A stretch of 64,000 bases of DNA from Adineta vaga (taxonomy: Eukaryota > Animalia > Rotifera). The translations under genes were made by a program, and so were the position numbers. This document shows, piece after piece, positions 28,432-41,061 of the stretch (positions within the stretch are counted from its first letter, which is position 1; each line of letters starts with the position of its first letter). The notes below the pieces were generated by a model, which worked only from the letters and a program-made list of their open reading frames with translations, was not told the DNA's origin and did not search any database. The DNA lies in assembly GCA_021613535.1 (NCBI GenBank), contig CP075494.1, positions 6,200,001-6,264,000 on the forward strand, written 5' to 3'.

Positions 28432-30194
28432 TCAACTGGATTTTTTCTGTCTTGATGTTGTCGATATTGTTGTTTGAACATATTCATGATCTTCAACAAA
28501 ATCCATTATAATTCTATCACGTGTTATTTTAAATATTGGATATGAACTATAGAAGATAATAAACCAACTAATTAAAATTTGTTCCCATGTTTGACCACGA
28601 ATTAGCCAAATAATTTGAAACAATGAAAGAATAAGACATAGAACAAATTGTATTGTTAGAACATAGGTTGGATCGCTAAATAATCGATAGAGTATCGCAT
28701 GTGCATTGGATTGTGGATGTGCTGCATTACTTAAATGTTGAATAGCAATAAAATATCGATTAGTTGGTGACAATTTCACTACACTTCCACGTGTATAGGA
28801 ATTACATTCCGATGACCATTCATTAATTGTTTCAGTTCGAATATCTTTTTGTACACGCCATTGACCAAGATGTGTTGCTATACGTTGTAGTGTTGTTTGA
28901 AGTTTAACAGGAAATAGAAAGGTACTATGAGTTATAAATGTACTTAATGTAAAAATGAAAATGATTAATTTCAATGGTTGATTTTCGATAGAACGAACAT
29001 GATGATCTAAATATTCTTTATATATATATATTTCAAAATTTGTTGAAAATGTTAAGACATACTTATTGTTGCAATTGGAATAAAATCGAAGAGAATAAAT
29101 GATGTAATCGTTCGATACAAATTTAGAATTATACGTCGAACAACAAGTGGCCAAAGATCATCAGCTTCTTGACGAGCTTGTCCGTAGAATGTTGAACATT
29201 CATGGATTTCAACTTTAACTTCTGTTATGGATGACCATCGTGACCATGGAATGTTTGTTGATGATGACGTTACTATTGGACTTATTTTTCGTGATTGTGC
29301 AGATGCGGATGAACGATAGGAAGGTCGACCTAAGACAGTAGTTGCAACGGATGAAGTGGATGAAGATGATGTGGAATTACGATGTTGTTTTCGATTGGTA
29401 GTGCTTTGTTCGAAGGAATGGTCCGGTGATTTATGAAATAAATTTGGTTTATCAAGAAGTGTTAAAAGAATTAAATGACCAAAAATGAACGAAGAAAATG
29501 ATAATGTTAATTTCTGAGTAGAAAATGTATGAAATCCTAGCCAAGTAATAAATGAAAGATAAACAAGACAAATCATTCCAACTAAAAGTCGACTTAAACG
29601 TTGTTTTAATTTATGATTTCGTTGAATTAAAATAGGTAATTTTTTTCTCAACGTCCATAAAAATGCACTGATCAATTCAACTAAACTTACACCAAGTAAA
29701 CTAATATAAATATATTGATTAATTAGATCCGTATTAATTGATATTCCTGAATTTGTATAAAAACTATGTGGAAGTATAATAAAATGTGTTTGTTCATATT
29801 TGGTTTGTTCAAGTATTCGAGAAGTTAATGGCATATCTTGGCCTAAGCCATTTGGATCAAGCCAAAATATTGTATGATATAAAAGTAGATAGATTGTACT
29901 TAAATGAAGAATATTTTGTAGAGTTATATATAAACAATAAGTTAAATGACCATCTAATCGAATAGCAGGAATTTCTTGATGTAATCGACTAGCAACTTCG
30001 GTTTCAGTATTTGGTGCTAATTTTCCCATCATTCTTGTCATTTTATTTAATATTACACGTTCACGCATCGAATAGATGCTTACTCGACCGGTATTAGTTG
30101 TACTAGAAGTATTCGTTGAAGTCGGCATGGCTGATAATGAACCACTAATACTTCCAGTTGATTTTGAATCACCCTGACTGCGACGCTGATACAT
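28432..30194 (-). CDS. TMEM39: Transmembrane protein 39 family; 2 exons
   Basis: HLGQW..WS..YTRGSVVK..YFIA..NAAHP..HAILYRLFSDP and HECS..AREADDL motifs match TMEM39. The two ORFs are joined by a phase-1 intron ~29062-29008. Confidence 0.8.
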
Positions 30195-30954
30195 TACCTT
30201 GAGTTATCAATCGTCTGTATAGATCCTGAATGCATGTGCACAGTTGTATGTCGATAAATGATACACGTGTGCAATGAAGCACAACAGAAAAAAAAAATCG
30301 AAAAATGTAGGAAGAAGAAAAAGAAATATGACAGAAAGGTATTTGTCTTTGTAATTGTATTGATAAGTGATTGATATCAACAGACTAATCATGACGAAAA
30401 ATATTTGTCGTAAATTTTCATTAGTGAATAGTAATGATCATAGTAATTTAAAAGATTATTGAATACATTCAGAAAGTTGAAATGATCTTTTTCAACTTAT
30501 TTATGAGTTCATGTTATTGAGAATCTATTTCAATTGAAATCATTATACTCAATGTTAATTTTGGAATTTCTACTTACACAAATTATTCTTATCAATATAT
30601 GAATATAAACTGTAAAGGATACTTCCGCTCTAATCTTTTTTTTTTCTATTCATTCGTATATTTGTCTTCTTTTTCTTCGTATAGGTAAGTGTGCAAACAT
30701 ACAACATTTCATTGCTGCAAGTTCTGATGTTATCTATCGTTATTGTAGACGTTCTTTGTTGTATTTTTTTAAACATATTCTGTCTATCGTTCTCGTTTAG
30801 AATTGATGATATAAATCATTGATAATATTTCAAAGTTTTTTCTTTGAAAACGAAGAAAATGGTAAGTTTCATTAATGTATTGTTACTAGATCAATATGAG
30901 GAAGAGTTACTTTCATAGTCTTTTTTTTTCTATAATTGATCTGTTAAGGAGCGA

Positions 30955-31854
30955 ATGTACAATAAACTTATTTCTGTTATTTGTTTGGTCATCCTCTTTT
31001 GTTTTATCCATGCAGAAGATTTATCGAGCATGGCAAATGAAATTTCTACTGATTGGACAAGTGCAATGTTCATTGTTGAAAATAATATTACGACGGAAGT
31101 TACTGATAATTCTACTGATGAACAAACGAGTAATACGATCTTTGAAACAACGACAGAACTAATTACAAAAAGCACTACTGTTATCGATACGACAACTCGC
31201 TGTGGTCCTGGACAATTTCCTTTTGCTAATGGTTGTATGAGTCCAGATGCCAATGGTGCTGTTTTGATTACTGCATTGATTCTTAGTATTATATCATTTA
31301 TTGGTGTAATTGTAAATATTCAATTTTTCTTATGGAAATCATTGAAAATTAAAACCTATTCATATGATATAGGCAGCTGGCTCATATTTATTATGGTGTC
31401 GAAAGTATATTGCAAAGAAAAAACGTCGTCTGGTAGCAAGTTATAATATTTCTACACAAGACATAGTGGTATGATATGACATTCATTTGTTGAATATTAT
31501 TATCATTAGTAAATCTTTTTAGACGATGCCGACTAGAATTGGTATGATTCAAGAAGAGATTTTCTGCACTTTATTGCTTCTATTATAGATACTGAACGTT
31601 CATCGTTATCGTCAAATGATCGCCGACGACGACGACGTGGTTCTCTAAAGAAACAGCCAACTCATGATTCAATCCCATTATATTCTATGTCACCAATAAC
31701 AGCTGCTGATCCTAATCGAGTAGAAGTAAATGTATTGGATAAACAACCAGTATTGAAAATGGCAAAAGTCAAACAAAGAGATCGAATTGAATTGAAACCA
31801 ACAAAAAACCAAGGATATTCAAATACGGCTGACTTTAATGATAGTTACTTTTAG
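30955..31854 (+). CDS. Small type I membrane protein: signal peptide, Thr-rich stalk, Cys loop, TM, basic tail; 4 exons
   Basis: Exons ~30955-31311, 31373-31468, 31523-31541 (19-nt micro-exon), 31589-31854 give a continuous frame ending GYSNTADFNDSYF*. Confidence 0.65.
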
Positions 31855-32316
31855 ATTCTTTTTACTTTTGTAAAACTGGTTTGTTTTTGTCTTGACATAC
31901 GAATTATTACATTGCCTTAGTAATAAAAGAATGGACTAACTTTTTCAATGAACTTATGAATACATAATTATCGTAATTCCACTTTGTATACTATTCATCA
32001 ATAGATAAAAAATTACATTATTCTTTCGAGAGATATGACATCCAGCAAAAAAAAGATGCTTCTAAAACATACATACACGAACAGAACTGTTGTTTCACCT
32101 TCAACGTGAAGTTTTTGTTTTGTTTTTATTTGATGTGTGTTTGTGTAGCGAGTATATCGTTCTGTTGATGATAGATAAAGAGAAGAAAAAACGTCTTCAA
32201 AAGATCACATTGTCGCATATTTTACCAAGACAAAATTCATTTCAATTCTCATATTTTTCTACAATTTTAACACTATGATTGATCACAATACCTGATCTTA
32301 GATATTTCAATATAGA

Positions 32317-33016
32317 ATGACAATCATTATCGGACATAATTGTAAAAGTAATAACATCAGTTATCTTAACCATTTGTATACATCTATTTTTACATTCATA
32401 GGTCCAGAAGATATTCCTTTATTTAACAATGATTATTGTGTTTCTTCATCAGTATATACCACTCTATTTTTAACGACTATTATTCTAGCTGGTATTACTT
32501 TTCTTCTATTTATTGTAAGTATTGAATAGTTGAACATCATAAAACAATCTCTTTCTGTTTCGTTAAAACTAGAGTTTAGTAATATTAATCTATGCTCGAG
32601 GTTCGACATCGTCCAATTCAAGTTATCCAAATGATGATGAACCAAATTTGGCAGACTTCGATGATGATGATGACGATACTAGATCACTACTTTATCCTAC
32701 GAGGAAAAACAAAAAAATATCAAATGTCTTAAAAACCGGTGAGTAACCAACCATAAAGTCATCTGAAAAACTATTTCTATACGATATTTTTATAGCTCTT
32801 GATGATATTTCTTCGCGTGACACAAATCAAACATATGATAATCATAATTTTTTTATTCCGACAACATATGCACCAGTATCCACTTCATCTAGAGATCTAC
32901 GTCCTATTCCTAGCTTACCAGATGGTCGACAGACAGAAAAATCATCGAATTCTTATAAAGCCCCAACAAATCGTTCTTCTACTACCCGTAAAGCTGAGCA
33001 ATCTTCAAGACTTTGA
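32317..33016 (+). CDS. Small single-pass membrane protein with N-terminal Cys loop; 4 exons
   Basis: Exons ~32317-32347, 32402-32514, 32573-32738, 32796-33016 read in frame. Acidic patch DFDDDDDD; ends SSRL*. Confidence 0.6.
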
Positions 33017-33190
33017 AATAAAAGACATCCATGTCTCGAATACAAAGTTTCTAGTATAGTGAAACAGATAGATATATATTCTTTTGAATAATAGACTTTC
33101 TTTCATTCTAATTATTAAAAAATATCTGCACACACACATATAGACTTGTACACATAGATATATATATATAATATAACACTATAGAAAGAA

Positions 33191-34435
33191 CTAGACATCA
33201 GTGGCAAGTTTACTTTCATCAAGTTTAGTTGTTGCTTGATACAATGTATTATAAAAAGGTCGTGCTCGTCCGCGTATATCACTCGGAAGTTTGATATGTT
33301 GTCGTCGTGTTAATATTATATTTTTCGTTGATGTCGAAAGACTATCACGATCCGACTTAGATTCTAATGTTAAACCTTCCATATCAGCAAAACGAACACG
33401 TTTTTTTTCAGTTAAACCATCACTTGATTGACTACGATGAGTTGAACGTGTGTACAATTCATTTCGCTGGCCAGAATCAATATCTGTTTCACCAACAGAT
33501 TCTGATTGTCGATATAAATTCAAGGCATTCTTTTGTCGAAGAATTAAAGTAGGCGATACTGTTCGATTCTCGTCGGAAAAAGGATCACTTGCAGTAATTT
33601 GAAGAGGATATCTGTTTTTACTGCTCTCTGAAACTGATCGATTTACTAATGAACTATGACCAGATCCAGAACGTTGGTGGGATGAACCGAGAACAGCATA
33701 TGTCTGAGTAGAACCTTGTACACCTGTTTCAAGAAGTGCATCAGTTCCAGATATATTCGTCGAAGGTGGATTTAAACTTGATTGTTTCGTTCGTGTTAAA
33801 TAACTGGTAAGTTTTGATGAATTTGTTTGAATATGTGTTTGATCTGTTGGTGTCATGGAAATTGTTGTCGTCGGAGATACTCCATAATCAGAAATGAATG
33901 CTGTTACTAATCGACGTGATGGAATTGGTGATTGTCGAGGAGATGTTATTGGCGGTGGAAGAACTTCATCAACTAATGTCGGTTTAAAACTATTAGTAGG
34001 ATCGAAGACTTTTAATGGAGTTTTTCGTAGATCTATAACTTTATCTGATGAACTGGAGCGAATATCTATGGATGGTGCTTTCTTTGATAGAAAAACATTA
34101 TGATCATCAGCACGTCGTAATACTGAACGAGATAATCGATTTGAATCATATCGATTGACTGCATTTACTGATGAATTAGCAGGTATATGTGGTGTTTTAA
34201 GTATACCATAGGTATGTTCATATGGATTAGAATGACTACGTTGAACAGGATTGTATAAAGATGCTGAAGATATTCTCATTGATGTTTGATGAGATTTTGT
34301 AACAGGTAAATGTTGAGATTTTTGTACAGCAGTTCGTCGTTGTCGTTGTTCTTCCGCACGTATACGTGCATATTCTTCAGCGGATACATAAAATTTTCTT
34401 CCATGTCGATAAATAGGAACTTTATTTGATGTCAT
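33191..34435 (-). CDS. Intronless disordered protein with PP1-docking KKRVRFAD motif
   Basis: 414-aa ORF with KKRVRFADMEGLTLE near the C-terminus; ends ATDV*. Confidence 0.75.
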   Translation of the reverse strand: MTSNKVPIYRHGRKFYVSAEEYARIRAEEQRQRRTAVQKSQHLPVTKSHQTSMRISSASLYNPVQRSHSNPYEHTYGILKTPHIPANSSVNAVNRYDSNRLSRSVLRRADDHNVFLSKKAPSIDIRSSSSDKVIDLRKTPLKVFDPTNSFKPTLVDEVLPPPITSPRQSPIPSRRLVTAFISDYGVSPTTTISMTPTDQTHIQTNSSKLTSYLTRTKQSSLNPPSTNISGTDALLETGVQGSTQTYAVLGSSHQRSGSGHSSLVNRSVSESSKNRYPLQITASDPFSDENRTVSPTLILRQKNALNLYRQSESVGETDIDSGQRNELYTRSTHRSQSSDGLTEKKRVRFADMEGLTLESKSDRDSLSTSTKNIILTRRQHIKLPSDIRGRARPFYNTLYQATTKLDESKLATDV

Positions 34436-35439
34436 AATTGAATGCTTTGTATTTTACAAATAAACCGATATTAACGATGATTAATGAAGTCAAATATATT
34501 TATAACATCTAGATAATAGAAAAAAGAGAGAAAAAAAATCGAAATGACATACTCGTGTATGAGAGTATTAGAAGTTTTACTTTAGAAAGAAAAATTGATT
34601 CGATTTTTGAGTTAATCGAAACCTCTTGTAAATGAAAAAAAATCGAACAGTATATATGGTATGAGTACTGTAATCACATCATTTAATGTCTTCATCAGTG
34701 GAAAAAAGGGCGAATGAAAGAAAACGAAAGCAGGACAAGCAAAAAAATAACTTCAACATTATCGTTCTTACGCCTGGAATATTATTGACAGACTGCTTAC
34801 AAACCATTAGTATGTAACACTCGATTTGAGGTTCTGTCATTTTTTTTTTCGAAGGAGCCAGAGTAAATAACATATTTACCTCGCTAATGATCAGTAGCAG
34901 AATCTATCAAGAAAAAAAAACTGATCTATATCATTGATTACTCAGAATTGTATCATTGTCATTGACTAAAAAGAAATACAGATGTATATGATCACACGTT
35001 CTATCTAAAAAAAACTTGTCATGATTTTTTTTTCTTCTTCATTCTGTGTTCTTCGTTTTTTTCCTCCTCCTGCCCTCCTTCAACATTGTATGTTTAGCTG
35101 TTAAAAAATAGTTTGTATATGATTGTGATGTACTCACACGTTTACTTTCGCGAGGACGTTAAGGATCAAATCAAGAGAGCCGCCTTTTTTTTCTCTCTAT
35201 TCTCGTCTTTGTTTCATCACTGTTCTCTTCGTGCTAAAATTATGTAGGAGATGGATGTTCTAGCCTTGAAAGATACACTATGTTAGAGAAGAAACAAGGG
35301 CAAACCATCTTTCATTTGATCTATATCGCAATTAAATGATAGTTGAACACTACATGCTGATATTTAATCAACGAATATTACATCATATTCATTGAACCTT
35401 TATTTTTTTTGATATATTCAAAAAAGAAATACATATATT

Positions 35440-36651
35440 TTACAGTCTTATTTCACGATAATAATGACAAAGTGGATTCCAAGTTGAAGGAAAACATCCA
35501 TCATCGTACTCTTCATTTCCTTTTGGTGTTTCCATGAAAAACGGTTTAGCTTGTTCTCGACAAGGTTTACCATGAATTCCATAAGTACAAACATATTCAC
35601 GTCGATGAAAGTATCCAAAATATCTAAGACGAACAATATCATTTCGTGGAATAAATTGTGTTACTGCTATCGTATGAATTGGTGCATCACCCCATCGATA
35701 ACGATAGATTCCACCATTATCATCAACAGTTTTTAGCCAAGCACGTATTAAATAATGATCACGAAAAATCGAAACATTAGCAATAGCAAAATTTGTAAAG
35801 ATCATCGCTGATGAATAACCACCGAACCAACCTGTTTGAGTTTTATCAAATGCTAATGATGGTTGTAAACAACGATCACGAAGAAATTTATGAAATAATG
35901 ACCATAATCCAGTAACATAATGGTCTGCTTCTTCATTGACCATGATAAAAGCATATTGGATTTGTTGATTTTGCATGATTTCAAATGGATCTTGAATTGG
36001 TGTTGGTGCAAATATATATGAATGTGCGTCAAGTCGCCAATAATATTGAAATAATCGTAATAGAGGATGATGTGGAAGCATTAATGTAAAAAATCGACAC
36101 ATATGAAAATAGCCAAGATGTATTGTTCGATGAACTGATTTCAGTCGATTCGATTTGTTTGGAAAATTAATTTGTTCAAAACCTAAAGGTGTATTTGGAC
36201 CAAGTGCTTGAGCCAAAGAATTCTGTGTTATATTATCATTAAAATCACCTTGATGAAAAATAACAACAGGTCGTGGATTATTTACTAATAATCGTGATAA
36301 TTGAGTGAGAGATAATCGAAGTTCTTTCATTTCTGAATGTATTGCCAGATAGACAATAACACCAAGATATGATACAGGTTCAGTATTGAACCATTTAACA
36401 TTCCATTTAACATCAGTCTCCTGATAATCATATGTTATATGCCAAGGATACCATTGTCCAGTAATACTATTTTGATATTGCCATTCATCATAACGATCAA
36501 TCGTTTCATTATCATAATTTATTGTTAAACACGTTTGGAATTGATGACGTGTAGAAAAAAATAGTGTAAAACAACAAGAGAATACAATGAAACAACATAT
36601 ATATACGTGCAAACAATATCGTTTCACTTTTCTACTCTTAACATGTGTCAT
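35440..36651 (-). CDS. Glycosyltransferase family 15 (KRE2/MNT1-like alpha-1,2-mannosyltransferase), intronless; HGT candidate
   Basis: Type II TM anchor; GYFHMCRFF, YYWRLD, DPF..M..YAF, TNF.I, GGIYRYRWGDAPIHT motifs. AATAAA on the minus strand at 35399-35404. Confidence 0.9.
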   Translation of the reverse strand: MTHVKSRKVKRYCLHVYICCFIVFSCCFTLFFSTRHQFQTCLTINYDNETIDRYDEWQYQNSITGQWYPWHITYDYQETDVKWNVKWFNTEPVSYLGVIVYLAIHSEMKELRLSLTQLSRLLVNNPRPVVIFHQGDFNDNITQNSLAQALGPNTPLGFEQINFPNKSNRLKSVHRTIHLGYFHMCRFFTLMLPHHPLLRLFQYYWRLDAHSYIFAPTPIQDPFEIMQNQQIQYAFIMVNEEADHYVTGLWSLFHKFLRDRCLQPSLAFDKTQTGWFGGYSSAMIFTNFAIANVSIFRDHYLIRAWLKTVDDNGGIYRYRWGDAPIHTIAVTQFIPRNDIVRLRYFGYFHRREYVCTYGIHGKPCREQAKPFFMETPKGNEEYDDGCFPSTWNPLCHYYREIRL

Positions 36652-37277
36652 ATTTTTTGTATACGTTTGATCAACACCACAATCTTATACTGAATCGATG
36701 TGTTCGCTCATGCATTCATACAAATTTGTTATACAATATATACGAAAGAATAAAGTAAGTCATGCTAAATCAAATGTCTAGGACACTGATTACATCTTTG
36801 TTTCTGTTTCTATTTATTAGAACACAAAGAGCAATGGTAAGATTGAATTTCGGTAATATATTATATTTATTTTGAAATCAACTTCTTCTCAACATAGTTT
36901 TATTTTGTTATTAACGATGATATACCCAAAACTGAGAAAAATTGTATTTCTCAATGATCATATATGAAATATGCCTTGTGAGAAATAAAAGTTCAAGTAC
37001 ATTGAAGTTTATTTATCTTGTTCAAAGATCTTTTCCTTTAGGCAAAATCTATGAAATAGTACAAGTACATACAATTATCAAGGATTATCGTTACTAAGTT
37101 AAATATAATCATTGAATTGTTTGGTTTACCAATGAACAGTCAAAATAAATATTAAAATTGATGTTTCTCATTTCATCTATTCACCAATAACAAGAATCTC
37201 GTCGTATAACAATTAAAATCAATAGAAGACAGAAAAAAAAGTAAGATAAAAGAAGAAACTGTGAACTAATTTTGATT

Positions 37278-38127
37278 TCATTCTTGACTACTGGATCTCG
37301 CACTAGCTGAACGACTTGTCGTATATTGAGCCGGAAAGATAAAAGATGTACTTCCATTTGCACGAATATGAAGTAAACGACCAGCATTTGATATGATATT
37401 CCAATTCAATGATAATGTCACATTATTCGATCTAGAGTTTAATGTAAAAATTCGATGAACATCTTGTTATTTTTTCAACTAACCTTAAATGTTCACCATC
37501 ATCCCAAAAATAATATTTCGTTGCAATTTCATGAAAATTAAAACGAGCTTCTTCACCACGTCGGATAATTTTATCCCATAGAACAACTTGATTAAGACTC
37601 TAATAAAAAAAGATCATTTCATTATAATGAACATATCAAACTTATGAGTTTATCGTTCCGAAAAAATTCAAAGTGATACAACTAGAAACTTCGCAAATAA
37701 TCGACTATAGATGTTCAACTTACATTTGCCGGTGTCACATATTCAGCAACTAAATATAGAAATAATTGTTTCACATTCCAATCAAATAATGGATTAAGAT
37801 CTAAAAGTAGAAATAAGAATTTTCATCATTGTCATCTGTTATGAACTTACCCATATCTACATTTAATTGTAATACACCTAAATCAGTCTTCTTTCGATTT
37901 GCCGAAAAATCCGTCATATGTTTCCTTGAAAGTACAAAAAAATGAATATCTCTTCAAGACTTTTTCAATCTTATTCGAACTTACACAATTGGTTTTACTG
38001 CTTCAATCGAAACTGTTTCATGATATTTTTCAAAAAATGTCGAAAAAAATACTCCTGTTGTCAGTACAGCAAGTACAGTTATTGTAAAAGCAAATAGTGT
38101 ATTTGCTCGACTAAGAAAGGAATGCAT
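37278..38127 (-). CDS. SPCS3: Signal peptidase complex subunit 3 (SPC22/23); 5 exons (absent from ORF track)
   Basis: [81 protein letters not shown]. Confidence 0.93.
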
Positions 38128-38332
38128 TCCTGATCTAGAAATTGAATTAATGAATTTAGTTTATCTAACATATTTTGATCACATTTTCACAAAATAAGAC
38201 GTATCATTAAGTGTGGAAGAAAGAAAATAGACTAGTACAAATGTATGAGACAGAGAGAAAAGTATTGATAATTACATGTCGAAGTGGAATCATTTTCGAT
38301 AGAAAAAAATTGTGCAAATAGAAAGAAAAAAA

Positions 38333-40207
38333 TTAACGTTTGTTGGTTGTCAACAATTCATCACAAATATTGGTTAATTCAATATTTTCTTTTTTCTAAA
38401 ACACAAAAGAAAGAATGAAAGTAGTTTGATAATGAAGAATTTTACTTTTTGTTCTAATTCTTGTTTAGTAGATTTGAGTTCTTGTTCAAGTGATTGAACT
38501 CGTAATTGTGCATATCGTAATTGTGCTTGAATACCTTCCATTTCTGTTCCTTGTGCACGTCGTAAACGTTCGATTTCACCATTTGCTCTTTAGAAAACAA
38601 TCAATTTTATGGAGAAAAGAAAAGAAGAAATTTTCTTTTACTCATTCAGTTTCTCTTGTGCATGTTGTTTAAGTATAGCATATTTTTGTTTTTGCTCTTC
38701 GGTATATCGTACAGATTCTTCCGAAAAACGTTTCAATGTTTCTGTATTCTACAAAAACAACTTACAATCATTTCAAAAAAAAAGAATCAATTTTATTTCA
38801 CATACTGTTTTATGTTCATTTATAATTGTTTTAAGTTTTTCATTTCGTTTTTTTACATCATTAAACGCATTCTCAGCATTGATTAAATCTTCACTCATTT
38901 GATCACGTTCATTTTTAACAAGTCGTAATTCTTGTTTTAATTCTTCTGTACATTCACAAACACGATGAAGCATTCGATAATATTGTTCAACACATTCACT
39001 AAATAAAATATCGTAAGTATTTAGTAATTGAAAATAAATCTTACATGATTCGTGTTGGATCAATGGGAGATTGTTGAACGACAGAATTGGTTGTTATAAA
39101 TCGTGAACCATCGTTTGATATAGGTGGTGTACTAAATGGTGATTGTTTATTTGTTGATTCGCCAGATGTGTCTTCAATACTCTAAATAATTTCAATAAAT
39201 CTTTGTTTCCTGCCAATCGAAAGGATAAAAACACATACACCAGAAAAGTTATTTTCATTTGTTGGTGTTGTTATTTTTCGGCCTTTCTTTTTCAGAACAA
39301 ATGTATTTGTATCAAACACCTTATCATTTGTTAATGTTGGTGTTAAAGGATCTAAATATTGAAAGGAGAATATGTTTATTTTATGAAATATTTTCTTGAT
39401 CAAACCTTGACCATCGATTGTTTTTGTTCCATTTAATTTCATATTCTTTGCTAAACCTGCAATTGTATCAAGAGAATTTGGTGATAATGGTTGGATATTT
39501 TCTTCACGTTTTGGTAATTCATATGTATATTCAACTGAATAGAAAAATATTTGTACTAAAATCTTTGAAATGATTGTTTACATACGAGAAAATTGATTAG
39601 GTAAAAACGCTGGAATACTTGGAGATATTTCAATATTATTCACAGGTTTGAGAATATTTGATTCAACTGAATAAAAAATAAGATTCTTTTTTTTTCTCGA
39701 TTAAAAGAGAAAAATGTATTTTACGAGTTGGTTTTTCATCGAATACATCTGTATTATTTGGCAATTCAACAGTTGTATCAAGCACATTATTAGTTTTCGT
39801 CTAAAAAGAAAACGATCTCTTTCATTGTTCATCAATCATTGTATTTACTTACGTGTTCATCCAATGATGTTTTATCATCTTTCACTTGTGGTATAACATC
39901 AAATGATTTATTCAATATTAGATTTCTAAAATGACAATGTATTCTCATATGATGAATGAACGTTGTTTTTTTTTCTCTACCCTTGATGAAAAACATCTCT
40001 TTTATTTTCATGACCATTAATACCATTTTCCAAAATATGTTCTGCTGAACTATGTACATTAATTGTTGTTGAAGTCGGTACGATTAAATCCTGAGTATGA
40101 TCATCAATATCCATACGATCAAGACTTTGATTTAACATAAATGAATTATTAGTCTCATCAATTATCCTTGATGATGAATGATATCCTATATCTGCGGTTG
40201 TTGTCAT
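38333..40207 (-). CDS. TACC: Transforming acidic coiled-coil (TACC) family protein; multi-exon
   Basis: C-terminal coiled coil ERDQMSEDLINAENAFNDVKKRNEKLK..YAILKQHAQEKL..SLEQELK..KKENIELTNICDELL is typical of the TACC domain. Confidence 0.8.
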
Positions 40208-41061
40208 TGTCTATAAAATAATTTTAAAAACAAAAGAAAGAGAATAAGATATGTGAGGAAGTTTGTTCATCTTGTTGAAGATGTTTCTTATTTAAAATCG
40301 ATTCTAGTTTGCCTTTTTTCCTTCTGTTTGTGATGATAATCATAAAAAAGAACAAGAAAAAAAGATAGAGAGAAACAGTGTGCAAACGTGAAAGAAATAA
40401 TAGAATAGCAGGAGAAATAATAACGTGAACACACATAGACGGTTAGAGAAGAAAAACACACACACGGAAAAGAGAGAGAAAGAGAGCATCATGGTATCGT
40501 CACCAGAAACAAGAAACGCTCGCACATCACAAATGAAAAAAAAGCATTATGTATATATGCATGGACATCAGTAAAATGAAACAAAGAAAATAGGATTCAC
40601 GAGGGCATATAGACTGGTTTCTGTTTTGTTCACAAGCTAAGTGGATAGATTTGAAGCTCCCTTTCTTTAGTGAATGAAATCAAATAGAAGGGTAGCATAT
40701 ACAAAGAGTAAAATAAATAAGCACAACCATGCGAATGCGCTAAAGGAGAAAAAAAGAGAGAGAGAGAGTGACAGAGAAAAAAAACGAATAACAAATATGA
40801 ATACTATGAGAACAAAAGAAACAAAAAAAAGAGAGAGAAAAAAACACCACAGAGCACGATAAACACATTGAAGCCAAAGAACAACGAATAAGTATCAACA
40901 GAGAAGAAAAAAAAATGTTTGTTTTGTATGTGTTTATATATTGAAAGAAAATCATAAAATAAAAAATAGAAGAAGAACAATAACATAGCAGATCCTCACT
41001 GTAAACTTAGATGTTCATATTAACGGATGAATTATTCTCTTGCTTGTTGTTCTTCTTCCTC

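Noticed and set aside
29008-29154. Apparent frameshift/overlap between two TMEM39 ORFs
   Set aside because: Explained by an ordinary ~55-nt GT-AG phase-1 intron.
40224-40986. Cluster of Phe/Leu-rich or Lys-rich short ORFs
   Set aside because: Low-complexity pyrimidine-rich UTR/intergenic sequence.
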